A stretch of DNA of 64,000 nt. It comes from Paraspadella gotoi (lineage: Eukaryota > Animalia > Chaetognatha). Position numbers and translations under genes: made by a program. Position 1 is the first letter of the stretch; each line of letters opens with the position of its first letter. The notes below the pieces were generated by a model. That model saw nothing but the letters and a program-made list of their open reading frames with translations. It did no database searches and was not told the origin of the DNA. Where the stretch lies: positions 3,352,030 to 3,416,029 of the forward strand of contig CM119266.1 in NCBI GenBank assembly GCA_051294375.1. The letters run 5' to 3'. Positions 12,301 to 24,481 of the stretch are shown one piece after another.

Positions 12301-14091
12301 CATTTCTTTCTCCTTCTTTCCCGTAACTCTGTGTTTTTCCCCCACCCACCCTAACCAGTAACCACCCTCTCTCTCCCTCATTCTCTCTTACTTCGTCTCC
12401 CTCTCTATCTGAGGAATGTCGGCCGGATTGAGCCTCGAATTTCGTCGGAAGTCGACGCCGTCAAAAACGAATCCGATAATTATTTAATTTTTTTTCCGTC
12501 TTTTTTTTTCCCCTATTCATTTTGGTTTTTCGTTTTTTTTTAAACTTCCCCTTTTTTATCATTAAAATTATTTTTTTTCCCAAACGCGTGGTTTTTTTGA
12601 ATCGTCATCGGTATTTTTGTTAGTAAATTTATCGTTGAAATCTCTTTCGATCCAATATTAATTGTTCAAAACAATCAGTCAATCTCTTTCCCATATTGAC
12701 ACATGTTGCTATTGTTAACGATTTTCAACTCGCCCTTTTTTTCACATCCTTAGGTATTCATTTTCATCCACAACCCCTTCACCACCCTCTACTACCCTCT
12801 ACCACCCTGCACCACCCTCTACCACCCTGCACCACCCTCTACCACCCTGCACCACCCTCTACCACCCTGCACCACCCTTACTCCTTCAATTAATCAAAAT
12901 TCTCGAAAAACCGAGAGCGTTTCCACTTTCCAACACTCTGACCTCAACAGACAACGGCCCCTTCAATATTCAACATCTGGCCCAACTCGCTCCAGCATTA
13001 CCGCCCCTTTGAGCCAACATTCACGTCCCTATGTTCCAATACTGCCGCCTCCTCGCTCCAACAATCCCGCCAACTTCAATCAAACAATCCCTCCGACTCG
13101 CTCCAACAATTCCCTCCCCTTTCGCTCCAACAATTCCCTCCCCTTTAGCTCCAACACTCCGCTTTTCTCACCGTTGCTCCTTTTGTTTTTGTGGAGCGAG
13201 TTGATGTACTGTTGATGTTGAGCCAAAGGAGCCGTGACTCTGTAATGATTGGGCGAGAGGAGAGTCGAAGTGTCGGTTGGGCTGAAGAACATCACCTGAA
13301 TGAGTAATCAATTCATTTGTTACACTGCGGCCCAAAAAAAAGTAGCCTCTTCTTTCACAGCTTTAACATTAAAATATCGTATAACATATTTTATAAACGT
13401 TTTTTTTTTCAAGCGAATCCAAAGCTGTTGTTAAAATTAAAAAAATATTGTTTTAAAATTTTATGATTTTGTAAGGATATTACCATAAATAAAATTTAAT
13501 TTGCTATACTGTTATGCTAACATTTTTTTAAAGAACTGTGGACATATATAAATATAAACATTAGAGTGGAGTGATGAAAAGATATAAGTCTATCATTGGG
13601 CATTCTTATCAATGTATCAATGATTTTGTCTCTCTCTCTCTCGGTCCGTGTCTCTCTCTGTCTCTCTCTCTGTCTCTCTTTGTGTCTCTCTTTGTGTCTC
13701 TCTTTGTGTCTCTATGTCTCTCTATGTCTCTCTCTCTGTGTCTCTCTCTCTCTTTGTCTATCTCTCTCTCCCCCTCTCTCTCTCTGCTTTTAAAGGCCCT
13801 CAAGGTGCCTAAAGCCGCAAGTAATTAATATTGTCTATTGTCTCTCCCTCTCTGTCTCTCTCTCTGTGTCTCTATCTGTGTCTGTCTTTTTTTTTGTCTT
13901 ACTCTGTCTTTCTCTCCGTGTCTCTCTCGGTCTCTCTTTCTCTCCCTCAGCTTTTGAGTGGGAAGGTTTTAATTTGGCATAATGTCGCCTCAGCGCTTCA
14001 CATTTCGCTCCTCTTTCTATCACTCTCTTCTTCTCAATCTCTTCTCTTGCGTTCTCTCTCTCGTCTCTCTCTCTCTGCTCTCTCTCTCATC

Positions 14092-14127
<36 letters not shown>

Positions 14128-17100
14128 CTCGTTGCCACCCCGAAACCACCGTTTCCATCCGCACGACCGAAACAATTCCGATGAATGAAGAGGGCGACGA
14201 CAGCCGACGACGACGGAAACCCGAGAGACTCGAGCGACGGTGGCCGACTTTCGAGTCGACACAAGGATATAACGAAAGCGAAAAATGCGGCGAACGACGA
14301 CGAACGATGACGTGCTTTTCGTGCCACGACGGGTCACATGGCGAGCGCCATCAATCGCCGAAAAAGAAATTGACGACGTGACAATAGAATCGGGTTACGA
14401 AAGGACTTGAAACGTGACAAATGATCGAATCAAAAAAGAATCAGGTGACAAAGCCTTCGGTGACAAAGGCGTCATTTGACCTGATATCTGGCGACAAAGA
14501 ATCTTAGGGGATGGCATGGGAAGACGCGACGAGGCAGTTTGAACATCCAATGTTCCAGGGCGGGGGGNNNNNNNNNNNNNNNNNNNNNNNNNNNNNNNNN
14601 NNNNNNNNNNNNNNNNNNNNNNNNNNNNNNNNNNNNNNNNNNNNNNNNNNNNNNNNNNNNNNNNNNNNNNNNNNNNNNNNNNNNNNNNNNNNNNNNNNNN
14701 NNNNNNNNNNNNNNNNNNNNNNNNNNNNNNNNNNNNNNNNNNNNNNNNNNNNNNNNNNNNNNNNAAAATTGGTTCTTCCGTTGCCGTCAGAGGCGAAGAT
14801 GATTAAAGTGATCATTGTTGCTGTTGTCGTTGTTGTTGTCGCTGTTATTGTTGTAGTTATTGACGGAGAAACCCTCATCAGCTTATGGAATCAAGACTCT
14901 GGCGGATTAAAAATCTTTGTCGTCGTCTTCTTCTTCATATTAAGATTGATTCGAGCCACCGTTGGTGCTCGTTGTTTATTGTTTATTCGTCGTTATTGTT
15001 ATCGTCTTTGCAGACTTATTCATGTCAGAGGCTTTGAAGTGCGCTGACAATCGGAGGGACGACACGAACACTTGCGTTGGAACAGGATGGGACGCCTTTG
15101 GGGGGGGGAACTGAGAAATAAGAAATAATGGAAAGAGGGAAAGAAAAGAAATGCTAGAAAAGGAAATAGTGAACTCGGAAAGGCCTGGATGAGAATGACT
15201 TATAGCATCATTGAGTACTTATCTAAAAGTGGCAAATAGACTAAGTCTAAGTAATATTGTGTTAAAAGATAATTCTTTGAATCTGTGGGGCCTTTATCAG
15301 TGGCCTCCCAATGTTCATTTAGGGGTTGTTCACTGTCGTTTTTTTTTTAGTCAATGAATTAAGGAAACCAAACTCTCTCACGATGTAAAATTGATTGTGA
15401 TTTAGCTCTAATTTTCATTCTCATACACAAATTATTTTTTTAGAGAAAAAAAACGGGAAAAAAAATTAAAAGATGGAAATTTTACTCATCTCGATGGTTT
15501 TTACTATGAGTCTCCATGTCTTGGACCTTTTGTCAGACTTTCGGACGATTGTAATGCATCTGTCTTCAGACAGTCAAAACTTTAGGATCATTGGGTGGGT
15601 ACTCGGTCTTATCTTAGCAACACATGCTTTAGTCTCCTGTTTGTACAGCATTCCGTTTGTCTGGAGATTCTCGGCTAAGTATCCGACTTTGACCAAAGAT
15701 TGTTGGCGTCGCTCAGCGACATTGGTCTCTCATCTGATGGGACTTGCTGTGGTTCCCATCTCGATCGACCTTTACCAGGAAAAGGCACATGAGCGAGTGG
15801 AGTTCATTATACTCAAAGGTATGATTACGAATATATTTCAAGTATCTCAGCTATAAGTGGTAAAAGGTTTGTTTAGTGCTGGAAAATTCATATTCAATAA
15901 ACCTAAATTACTAAATATCTTGAGGCATAATTTTCAAATAAATTTTTTAAATCATTTAAAAATTATTGTCACATATTCCCATACAGAAAAATTTCGCGAG
16001 AGACTCGAGTTTATTCCATATCTTCTCGAGTCATTTCCCACACTGGTTGTCCAGACAGCATCAGCCGTCCTTTCCTGGACTGGAGAAAGTAAACAGATCT
16101 GCATGCACAAAAACTCAATAAAGCCATTTACGCCACTTCACGATCGGGTTTATGAACTCAAAGAGAACGGATCTGTGGTGAAAACTGATTCACCTTGTGA
16201 ATGTGGTTTTGCTTCTAAAGGTTTGTTGTGAGCCGTTTTTACTGTTGTTTGTTATTTTCAATTGATTTAATTGTTGTTTCCAGGTTGATTGTTTTAATTA
16301 TTTAATTTTAATTAATTCTTTTTCAGTTGTGTCTCTTGTTGTTGTTCGTTTCTCGTAGTTGTATGCTGAGTATAGGTGATTTGGAACTGTTATCTTTTAT
16401 GTTTTTGAAAGGGTATTTTTATGGGTCAAGTTTTGATCACAATCTGTTCCTGGCCAATTACTATCACTTTATTCTGGCATCCATGGCGTTGTCGACTTTG
16501 AGTATTGCATCGGCCGCTGTCAATTTAGGATAGAGAACCTAAATTGCAACAGTACTGTTTTAGTCATATGCCAAATGGAACTTGAGCCAAAATAAATAAA
16601 TCTTTTTCCCTTGGAACCCCCAGCTCAAACCATATGCGACTCCTCAAACTATATTCAATCATTAGCATCATCCTGGGCACCTTTGGAATGGCCATCAGCA
16701 ACCTTTTGATTTATGAGGCGGTCCTCAACCTCAACCCGGTTTTCTTCTTCTTTTCACTCTTTATCCCCTTGAGGGTTTTTACCGCTGGAGAAGCTTGGGG
16801 TCTACTTAAAAATTTAGGAAGCGGCTGTGGACTCTACAAGAGGGAAAGACTCCTTTATAGAGCCCACTGCATGAGTATAGGTCTTCATCTGCTTCTGCTT
16901 CCCGCCATCAATGTCCTACTTTACTCTTTTATCTTTTTGTTGAAAAAACACATTGCATTAATTGATGATTATTACGTAAAAGACTGGGGTTTGCAGAATT
17001 TGGTGAATGATGCTTCCGCAATGTTGTCTTTCTACAAAACTAGAAAATATAAGAACGCACCCTATTATTTTACAACAAAAGGAATTATCAATGGGCGTCT

Positions 17101-20100
17101 GTGGAAAAAAGCCGTTTTTCCCGGCAACGTTACCTTTGTTACTAACGACCAACTTTTACCAGAAGGGTACTTTCTTTCTTCAGTTTATCACTTGGGCAAC
17201 TATTTAATTTTTGGTATCCATCATGTAACATATTTGATTTTTATGCTGGTCGAAATCGTTTTGGGAACTCTAAATAGCCTTCTCCTCTTGTATGTTCAAA
17301 ACAGCATAAAAAAATATCTAATGGTTTTATTAAGTCTTTCATTTTTGACAATGATAATATATTTAAACATACATGCTGCAATAAAATTATTAAATTTAAG
17401 AGCCATGTTTTGTTTAGTCATACCATTACCAAAATGTGAAAAAGTGCCATATTTGGGCAAATGGGATATTGAAATATCCACGTTAACACGACCAGTAGTT
17501 GAGAAAGCAGCTATTGAATCGTTGTGGTCATGTTATGCATATGGCAATTTAATTTCAGCTTTATGTCCTGTCTTTCTGGTACTTACTTTTTTCTTTCAAC
17601 TACAAAAATTATTTTACAAACCACCAGTAGTTAAACATATATCAAAACTGTTTTGCATTATTTTAGGACTTAGTGTTTTTATTTTTAAACTTTTCGAGAA
17701 TCATATAATGAAATACATTATGGAAGAGTATAAAGAATATTGTAAAACTGTATTAGAAATGAAGATCTTTGGCGTCTATTCTTCAGACCCTTATCACCAT
17801 TTTCTGTGGCTATTGTGGGCAAGCAAAAATTCATTTTTAATGTTTGGTTTTTCCTTTGTATCATTTTTTATTTTAATTTTAAATTTAATTCTCGAGAAAT
17901 TAAATGGATCTAAAAAGATTTTTGCAAAAATTATGGTGGTTTCTTTTGGATTTGTAATTTACGGGCTATTATTTATATATTTACGTCATTTTCAACAAAG
18001 AACGAATTATTTGAATCAATATTCAGATTTTGATAATTTGATTGCTTACTTTGATTTTTTCCCGATATTTAAGTACGGTCATCAGTTTACCTATTCCCCA
18101 GCTTATCAAGTGACAACGTCTCTAGCCAGCGGAAAGTTTTGTTTTGCTTACAACAAAATGATAAAAAGACTAAAAAATAAAAATATTAGTAAAGTTATAA
18201 ACATTATCGATACTCACATATTGATTTTCTTTGAAAATATGACAGACGCCGTTGGTTCAAAAATGTTTGAAAAAAATGTCAATTTATTTGTTTTAGTATT
18301 TTTGTTACTTCCAATAATGCTAATTCTAACAAATTAATAAAAAATTAAAACTAGAAATCTTTAAAAGAAATTTTTTATAATATTGATATAGTCCTTGGAG
18401 TTAGGAATAATTTGACTATATTGTTTTAAAAAATCAATTAAACATAATTTTTAATTTTTCTAGAAATAATCAACTTCCTAACAATGATGATAGATTTTTA
18501 ACATAATAATTTATTGGATCACCAAAGTTAATATACATCTTCTATTTTTCTATCTTTAATGAACAAATGTTTATCTTTACGTTGTTTAACACCGTTTCTT
18601 ATATATTTTAAATTACATTTTTAGATTTAATTTTTTTCCTAATTTTGAAAAGGTTTTTAAAAAAAATGACTCAAAAATTTATCAACTTTGTCGAACAACT
18701 AGGAGGGTTGGGTATTAGGGTGGAGTGATGAAAAGATTGAGCGATTGAACATATTTTTTTGCTGCCTATGCACATGTATTTAATGAATTTTTAATCCATT
18801 AAAATTTTATTAAGCATAACAGTATAGTAAATTCAATTATTTATTTAGTAATATCCTTTTAAAATCATAAAATTTCAAAATAATTTTTTTTATTTTTAAG
18901 AACAGATTTGGATTCGCTGTAAAAAAAATAAGAAACTTATAAAATATGTTGTATGATATTTTAATGTTTAGACCACAAAAAATTACTAAAACCTTTTAAC
19001 ATATATAAGTTTCTACTACTATTTTTAATTTTGACTTTTAAAGAATTTACTATTTTATAAGAAAATTGCTACAGATATATTGTATTTTACTATTCTGTTC
19101 CCGAGACAAAATGAAAAAAATATTTGTTTATTACGTCTAAATATCCTTGTTTGATCACTAATATTTTATTTTTTGAGTACTCCACTCTATTGGGTATATT
19201 ATTTAATCACAACAATTTTTATTGCAATTTATTTAATTCTAGGTTATTATTGGAAATCTCTTATATGTAACATGGAGGTTTCACTAATCTCTCTGTTATT
19301 TTCTTGTGGGTCTTTATGTCTTAAAACACTTTATCTGACATTCAAACATAATACATCTGACGACAGAAACTTTAGATCTATTGGTTGGGTATTGGGATTC
19401 ATCTTGGTCAATCATACTTTGGTCTCCTGTTATATATAGCATTCCATTGGAGTTTTGGGGAGAGTCTACTATTTTAGCAACAAAGAATCCTTTACGATGG
19501 TCATTGACAAAGGTCTGTCATATGGACTTGCATTAGTGCCCATAATGATTGATATTTACTTGGAAAATTGAAAGACTATGCAAGATCGAATAAATTTCAA
19601 CCTCATAGGTGAGCTAATGTTAGATTGTTGCATTAGTCCATGAATCAGTTGGATCACCATGGTACATGTATATTGTATAACATCAAGGAAAGCTAAGAAA
19701 ACAATTGAGCTTTTATTAATAATTTTATTCAAGTTAGTCTAATCAGCTCTTATGTATATTTTCAAATCAACTAAAAATTAAATTGTTTCTGGCACTTCAC
19801 AGAGAGGCACGCAGAGAGACTCATTTGATTCACATTGTGCAGGAGTCCTTTCCCCAGCTCGTTGTCCGGACAGCATTGGCCGTCCTCTCCTTGACTGAAG
19901 AAAGTAGAGAGATTTGTGTACCGAAAGTACCAAAAGTTTTAGTACAATATTTTAGAACAGTTTAACTTTAAACTAACAACTTCAAACTGAATAATATTGA
20001 TATCAAAATTTAAATTTTACCTCAAACAAATGTTTACCTACAAATATTTTTGGTATGAATTTTCTTTTCAATATTATTTACTGCAATATGCAAATTAGAA

Positions 20101-20551
20101 TATAGTATATTATATTTATATATAATATATAGTAGAGTATATTATATATATATATATATATATACTAAATTTTATATTTATAGAAAGTAATTGGCATATT
20201 GAAGTAAATCATAATATTAATAAGAAAGAAATTCAAACAAAAAATACTTGATTGCATATGAAACATAACAATTGTAAAAATGTTAAAAATGAAAAGCCAT
20301 ATCTAAATTTTTATAAAAATCTATCGTAATTCGTAGTAGTTTTTATTTAAAATAAAACAAACAAAAAAACATAAGAAAAAAGCGTGACGCCGACGACAAC
20401 GACGACGTCACAAAGAAGCGAAAACGATTCAAAATCGTCTGGCGAGATAAAAAAAGAAATAAAAAAGAAATAAAAAAAGAATGTTTTTGTTTATTTTTCA
20501 TGTCGCACGATGACGCGAGGTTGCGGGGCGATCAACGGAAAAAACGTGGGA

Positions 20552-20614
<63 letters not shown>

Positions 20615-21003
20615 TTTATTTTGCTTCCACATTTAATCTCTTAAAAAATCAGACCACCTTTCCTTTTTCCACCAAACAAGCTTACCTCCCTCCAACTGGT
20701 TGCTTGCTCGTAACTCGGCAGGGAGTGGTTCCGCTTGTCCAGAGAGTTGGAGGCGAGACTTCCGGCGACTTTGTTTTTGAAGCTGTTGTTGAGGGATCGG
20801 TTGAGGGATGTCGACCTGAAGAGAGGAAGGGAGGCCGAAGAGGTTGTGGAAGGGGTGAGCCGTTAGGGTCAGGAAGAGAAGCCGAGGGTGGAGAAAAAGG
20901 TTAATATATATAGTAGTGTAGAGAATTTGAGAACAAAAATTTATTTGATAATAATAATAATAATAATATAAATAATAATAATAATAAATAATAATAATAA
21001 TAA

Positions 21004-21034
<31 letters not shown>

Positions 21035-21216
21035 ATAAATAATAATAATAGACTTGTTAGTTTTCCTTTCTTTTTCGTTGGTGTATGATTTAGAGACAGA
21101 AAAAATTGATTTTCAAAACGAATTGTTTTTATTAAAGATGCAGACATGTTTCGAATAATTGTTTTGTTCATCATCAGTGCATTTAGACAATTTGAAATAC
21201 AAAACTTTGCCAAGTC

Positions 21217-21315
<99 letters not shown>

Positions 21316-22641
21316 CCAACAAAGGGTTGAGAGAAAGTGAACAGTCAGAGGGCGAGAACAGCTGAAGTTTTGGTTCAGATAGAGAGATACAGGAGGGAAA
21401 AGAAAATAAAGGTCAAATGAGAAATAATGCAGAGGTAATGAATTTTACATTGAAATAATAAAAACTAAAAAGTAAAATAATAATAACAACAGGTGAAATA
21501 AATAATAGTTTTGTAATTTGTTAATAATGAAAGGAAAATTGAAATTTGTAAGTAAAAGGAGAAAGGTAAAGAAAGAAGCTCAAAGTGAGCAAAACAATTG
21601 TTCGAAACATGTCTGCCTCTTTAATAAACAAGCAGAACAGCTTTTAAACCTCAGATTCTCTGATAATGTTCCATAATTGCCCGGGCGCAACCCCCCCCCA
21701 TTTCCAACCCCCCTGGCCCCCCCAATTGCCAACCCCCAACCCCCTGGCCCCCCCCTAACCCCCCTGGCCAGTGGCAACCACAACCTCTGGTTTGGGGTCG
21801 GCGGAAGTTCGTCCGGCGCCGAATCCTGGCGCCGCAATTTCCCGTCGGCGCGGATCCGGCAGAACACGACGGCGCTGACGACGACGATGACGAAGAGGAC
21901 GACGCTGACCAGCACGACGATGACGAGCAACTTGTGTTCCTGAAGGAAGATGGATTAGAAATTAGAATTTGGATTAGAATTTGAATTAGAATTAATCACG
22001 GAACATCTTTTTTAAATTAGAATGATGGATAATTTTTATATTAGATCTACCAATTTTATTAGTTATAATTATCATTAAATGACGATCTTGGATCTTATGT
22101 TCTCTCTCTCGCTCTCTCTCTCTCTCTTTCTTCCTTTGCTCTGACTCTTAACCTATTCATTTGGTACTGAAGATAATGTGTCCAAAAGATCCAAATATTG
22201 GTCATTAATAAACATTGTACCTGTACTCCCATGTGTAATCTTTAACTAATTATCGTTATTAGTTATAACTATTATAATTAGTTATAATGGTTATTATTAG
22301 TTTTAATTATTACTACTATTATTAAATCCAAGTAAATATTCATCGCGAAAAAAATACAGTCACGTCTCTCTCTCTGGTCTTGTTTCTTATATCTTGTTTT
22401 ACGCAGCAACGGCACGACGTATTGTTAGATTTCTATTCAAGTATTACATAATAAATTAATTTTAATTTTAATCATTAGTGGTCATTAATTTTATTTGATA
22501 TTCAATATATGGATATCCTTAGCATTAATTATACCTCCAAGACCAGGTAAAAAAGACGAAGGACGAGAAAAAACGTTTTCAATTCTTCGGATTTGATCTC
22601 GCCTCCAGTTTTGCTTTCAGTTTCGCCTCCGCCCATGGCGC

Positions 22642-22675
<34 letters not shown>

Positions 22676-22747
22676 ACCGTCAGCGATGGTGAAAGCAAAA
22701 AGTAAGAAAGAAAAAATCCAAGACGAAGGAACGAAAACTGACTTCAT
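9368..22747 (-). CDS. Type I single-pass membrane protein (~852 aa) with LPSY and PPSY motifs; Commissureless/PRRG4-like putative Nedd4-family adaptor
   Basis: Six phase-consistent exons: 22747-22535, 21939-21785, 20815-20686, 13295-13172, 11394-9568, 9477-9368. They encode a signal peptide (MKSVFVPSSWIFSFLLFAFTIADG), a short ectodomain, TM helix LLVIVVLVSVVLFVIVVVSAVVFC followed by RIR, SLPSYEQAT, a long P/S/Q-rich tail and the C-terminal GPPSYKAATEWSQDF. The gene model is well supported; the family label is inference. Confidence 0.8.
11778..11832 (+). ncRNA. Type-P5 twister ribozyme variant (solo copy of the ~320-bp repeat family)
   Basis: UUGU AA GAGU GA UGG AGGCCU UAA ACC AC CAAAG CCUG UCCA AA GU CAGG G GCAA. 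Pairings: P5 UUGU/GCAA; P2 ACC/G(A)GU; T1 CCA/UGG; T2 AC/GU; P4 CCUG/CAGG. The core UAA and GA are present. Predicted cleavage is 11799/11800. Confidence 0.75.
11779..11888 (+). mobile_element. Solo ~110-bp terminal block of the twister-bearing repeat
   Basis: TGTAAGAG...CCAATTTCAT is the same block that begins and ends the array at 33464-34545. Confidence 0.75.
12775..12880. repeat. 10-bp minisatellite (CACCCTCTAC/CACCCTGCAC)
   Basis: About 10 direct units. Confidence 0.9.
13321..13628 (+). mobile_element. Left arm and centre of a Tc1/mariner-type MITE
   Basis: Starts TACACTGCGGC. 13350-13530 is the reverse complement of ~18810-18970, and GTGGAGTGATGAAAAGAT is shared with 18716-18740. Confidence 0.55.
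15473..18337 (+). CDS. XK-related (XKR scramblase family) multipass membrane gene, reading frame interrupted at ~16528-16585; nested antisense in an intron of the PY-motif gene
   Basis: Exons 15473-15818, 15987-16220 and 16412 onward. XK-like motifs: LDLLSD in the first helix, LLESFPTLVVQ (cf. LESAPQLVLQ) and ASMALSTLSIASA. These are followed by a frameshift, an in-frame TGA (16583-16585) and then an intact hydrophobic 567-codon ORF (16634-18337). Confidence 0.7.
18716..18972 (+). mobile_element. Centre and right arm of the same MITE family as 13321-13628
   Basis: Inverted homology to 13350-13530 and direct homology to 13561-13628. Confidence 0.5.
19272..19965 (+). pseudogene. Decayed, truncated tandem paralogue of the XK-related gene
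   Basis: MEVSLISLLF...NFRSIGWVLGFILVNHTLVSC aligns with exon 1 of the 15473 gene but has stops and frameshifts. It has the same first intron position (donor 19609, acceptor 19802), and exon 2 reads IVQESFPQLVVRTALAVLS. Confidence 0.8.
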
Positions 22748-23320
22748 CGTATCGCGACGATTTCACTGTACTTTTGGGCGACGTTCGTAAAATTTGTTGA
22801 TATAAACAAACTGCATACACTTAAGTCATTAACATTGTTTTCTTTTTTCTTTTTTCAGCTTATATGTTTCATGTTTTTTCGTGTTTTTTTTTTAATGTGG
22901 AGAAAATGTTTAGAAAAAAAAATCCTTAAACGAAGGATTTAACTCAAATTTTAAGACATTTTTTTTTTGGTTTTAAGTTCAAATTTATCTTTCTTCCCTT
23001 TTTTTGTAATTCGATTTGTATCTTTTCCTTGAAAAGTATATTATTTGTTTTTGTTTTTTTTTATTTTTCTTCTTTTCGTGAGAAACTCGCGTGATTTCGT
23101 TTATCCTTCGTGTTTTTGTGAATCCGCGAGATTAACATTGGCGGCCGGTGAGTAAGAGAACGAGAACGAGAGAGAGAGAGAGGGAGAGAGAGAGAGAGAG
23201 AGCCCGAAATAGTGAGAACAGAGGCTGACAAGAAAAGTCACGGGGCAGAAAAGCACGGACTTCGTCGTCGTTTTCGTCGTCGTCGTCTTCATCATCATCG
23301 ACGTCGTTATCTCTGACGAG

Positions 23321-23357
<37 letters not shown>

Positions 23358-23554
23358 TCCTCCCCCTCAAAAGGTCCGTCGTCGGGGTGACTCGGGGCGT
23401 GAAGGAAATACGGTGAATTGTAACCGGTCATGAATGGATGAAAATGGACGAAAATGGACGAAAATGGACGAACTGAGCAGAAAAAAGGGATAAAAAGAGG
23501 GAATGCGATGACGACCTGGAAACGAAAAAAGGGAAAAGGTGGATGTTTGCTGAG

Positions 23555-23611
<57 letters not shown>

Positions 23612-23787
23612 AGACGAATCGGAGGGGAGGAAGAGAGAGCTTCCGATTTATGCTACTTCACGTCTTTCGTTCGTGATTTTCATTCATGAGCTCATATCTT
23701 TTTTTTTTAAGATCAGAAAGACAAATGAGAGGAATGAATGAATGAACAAAGAAAGGAGATTGAGAAAAAGTGAATGAGTGAATGACC

Positions 23788-23850
<63 letters not shown>

Positions 23851-23900
23851 GATTGAGGGAAAATTGGCCGATCGTACGCAAGGTAAACATCCACAATTTA

Positions 23901-23945
<45 letters not shown>

Positions 23946-24062
23946 AGAAGAGAGAGAGAGAGAAGAAGTTAAACTTTGAAAACAATAGTACCCCCATATT
24001 TTTTTCACAAAAATATTCTACTCTTATATTCTGCTTGAAGAAGGATAAAAGCTGCTCTCTCT

Positions 24063-24128
<66 letters not shown>

Positions 24129-24414
24129 CACAAAGCCTCCACTTTCTTATTCTTTCTTCAAATTCCTGAATTTGTTTTCGACTTAAAAAAAAAAAGAAAA
24201 AGAAAGTAAAATCCTGACCCAAATTTTGGTCTCTTTTTCCTCATTTTTTTCTTTCCGGGATTCAGATCGTGAAACCGGAAATCTTGTTTATTCCTCGAAC
24301 GATCACGTGACAGCTTTTGGTCATGTGACCGTTCTCGATCCTGAGTGTCAAAATCTGGATTTTTAATAGGGCGAGGTCAATGTCAATGTGGACGACACAT
24401 CGACGGTCGGAACT

Positions 24415-24481
<67 letters not shown>

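Noticed and set aside
14160-15110. GC-rich intronic island with short ORFs spanning an N-gap
   Set aside because: No consistent frame or splice phases. Copy C shows the gap is mostly (GA)n.
23132-23431. Acidic poly-Asp ORF upstream of the PY-motif gene
   Set aside because: It is driven by a (GAC)n repeat, runs into a CT tract and has no splice link or recognisable domain. At most a uORF.
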